Positions 62,551 through 64,000 of a stretch of 64,000 nucleotides of DNA are shown one piece after another. The translations under genes were made by a program, and so were the position numbers. The notes beneath the pieces were generated by a model. That model worked only from the letters and a program-made list of their open reading frames with translations, did not search any database and was not told the origin of the DNA. Numbering within the stretch: position 1 is the stretch's first letter; each line of letters opens with the position of its first letter. Source of the DNA: Mycoplasmatota bacterium (GTDB taxonomy: Bacteria; Bacillota_I; Bacilli_A; MAG-NZ); NCBI GenBank assembly GCA_018394315.1, contig CP074575.1, positions 1,334,615 through 1,398,614 of the forward strand, read 5' to 3'.

Positions 62551-63090
62551 ATGGATTTAATAACTGAAAGACTTACACTTAGAAGTTTTCAAGAGCACGA
62601 TTTGGATTTCTTTCTAGGACTTGAGCAAAATGATTTCTATATTAAATATGAAAGAGATACCATTCCAAGTGATGAGGAAATAAAAGAGAAATTCGACGGG
62701 ATTCTTATAAATTCAGAAAGTGATAAGTATTCAAGATTTTTGATTACCGGATCAGATGGTAAACAAATGGGTACCGTGGTGTTATGGCGAATCAACGAAA
62801 AAATAAATGAGTGGGAAATAGGTTGGGGTATCTTGCAAAAATTTACAGGTTTAGGATATGTAACAGAGGCGGCTAGAAGAGTAATTCAGTTTGCTTTCGA
62901 AACTCTGAAAATACATAGAGTGGTAGCACTTTGTCACGCTAATAACACACCCTCAGAAAATATTATGAAGAGAATAGGAATGCAAAAAGAAGGAACATTT
63001 AGAGATAACCGATTTTTGAACGGAACATGGAGAGATAGTTTGCAGTACTCAATTACTGAGAACGAGTACTATCAAATGAAGACTAAATAG
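62551..63090 (+). CDS. GNAT acetyltransferase (RimJ/RimL-like)
   Basis: L.TERL.LR, EIGW, G.GY.TEAA, N..S..IM..IGM..EG. Confidence 0.9.
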   Translation: MDLITERLTLRSFQEHDLDFFLGLEQNDFYIKYERDTIPSDEEIKEKFDGILINSESDKYSRFLITGSDGKQMGTVVLWRINEKINEWEIGWGILQKFTGLGYVTEAARRVIQFAFETLKIHRVVALCHANNTPSENIMKRIGMQKEGTFRDNRFLNGTWRDSLQYSITENEYYQMKTK

Positions 63091-63097
63091 ACGTTTT

Positions 63098-63129
63098 AGG
63101 ACTTGCGCAAAATATGCGTAAGTCTTTTT
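63098..63129 (+). terminator. Intrinsic terminator
   Basis: AGGACTTGCGCA-aaata-TGCGTAAGTCTT-TTT. Confidence 0.7.
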
Positions 63130-63178
63130 AAAAGTAAAACTCATTTCTTATATAAATATCTATTTTAGGAGGTGTTAT

Positions 63179-63763
63179 ATGAGATTTTTTTTATTGATGA
63201 GCATTCTTTCTACTCATAATAATTTTGAAGAAATTATTTTTATTGATGAGGGTAGATTACTTGAAGAATATAGCGAAGAGGAATATGATGATTACTACGA
63301 CCATTTAAAAAAACGTTTCTTTGGTTGGAATTCTTATATAGTTGAGGATCAAAAAGATGTATATTTTGTATCAGATACATTATTTAGTTACAGTAATCAA
63401 TCTAATGAGTCCATAAGTTATAAATATGTTTATGAAACTGGAAAAGACATTAAGGATTCTGTTGCAGTTACGGGTGGTATCTCTACTAATGCAAGTACAA
63501 AGGCTAAAGGGTTTAATTTAAAGTTTGATAATAAGTTGCAGTCTAAAATTTCTGTAGAACAGTCCAAGTCTATTACTGAGAAATGGCAACTTGATATTGA
63601 TGTTCCTCCTTTTACTAAAATGTCACTTAAAATTAGAGGAGAAGGTAAGATCAGTAATGGAGTTTCACACCTTTACATATTTTTCATAAAAGTAAAAGAA
63701 GGCGGTTGGGAAGTATTAGATGTAACAAAAGAATATTATTGGTTAGTAGAGGAATACGTATGA
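63179..63763 (+). CDS. Hypothetical beta-rich protein
   Basis: Strong RBS AGGAGGTG; 194 aa; S/T/K-rich central region ending in VPP.T. Confidence 0.7.
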   Translation: MRFFLLMSILSTHNNFEEIIFIDEGRLLEEYSEEEYDDYYDHLKKRFFGWNSYIVEDQKDVYFVSDTLFSYSNQSNESISYKYVYETGKDIKDSVAVTGGISTNASTKAKGFNLKFDNKLQSKISVEQSKSITEKWQLDIDVPPFTKMSLKIRGEGKISNGVSHLYIFFIKVKEGGWEVLDVTKEYYWLVEEYV

Positions 63764-64000
63764 AAAAATATATTGTAGGAGGAATAGTTATCTTACTAGT
63801 AGCTATTTTGTTCTTGTTAACTAATGATAGAAGTACATCTATTTTTACGTTAAGACATCTTTATTCTCAAGCACTCACGGATGGAGAATTTTTGAGGATT
63901 CCACTGCTAGTGAATAATGACTCATTCTATACCGATGAATCCTCTATTGAAAGAATCAATCTTATTGATGATATAAACATTATACCTGTTTCAATAGATT
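63760..64000 (+). CDS. 3'-truncated membrane-anchored hypothetical protein
   Basis: ATG overlaps the upstream TGA; MKKYIVGGIVILLVAILFLL TM; frame open to the window end. Confidence 0.7.
   Translation, partial: MKKYIVGGIVILLVAILFLLTNDRSTSIFTLRHLYSQALTDGEFLRIPLLVNNDSFYTDESSIERINLIDDINIIPVSID

Overview
This 64 kb window is AT-rich core chromosome from an endospore-forming, cell-walled member of the Bacilli (genetic code 11). Almost all genes are on the + strand. In order: ruvAB-queA-(serine dehydratase)-tgt; a reduced division/sporulation cluster (spoVE-murG-murB-divIB-ftsZ, spoIIGA-sigE-sigG, ylmC-yggS-sepF-ylmG-ylmH, T-box-ileS, with no ftsA or divIVA at their usual positions); ppdK; MATE and MFS transporters; queG-trmL; spore coat and SASP genes; peptidases; two identical tRNA-Gly(TCC); an orphan hybrid sensor kinase; mgtE; tkt; trmB; acpP; a phosphosugar mutase. 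No mobile element, prophage or CRISPR array was seen. Two loci stand out. (1) 46.4-57.3 kb: three tandem ~1160-aa, very acidic lipoproteins, each with four PplA/FMN_bind-like repeats followed by an Ig-like region, a candidate multi-flavinylated extracellular electron-transfer system; the first two share an 11-bp-periodic operator. (2) 36.1-38.4 kb: an unannotated 41-aa secreted peptide next to an HTH-TPR (RRNPP-type) regulator and a DUF368 gene, a candidate peptide quorum-sensing system. All family assignments were made by eye from motifs and gene order; no database searches were run.
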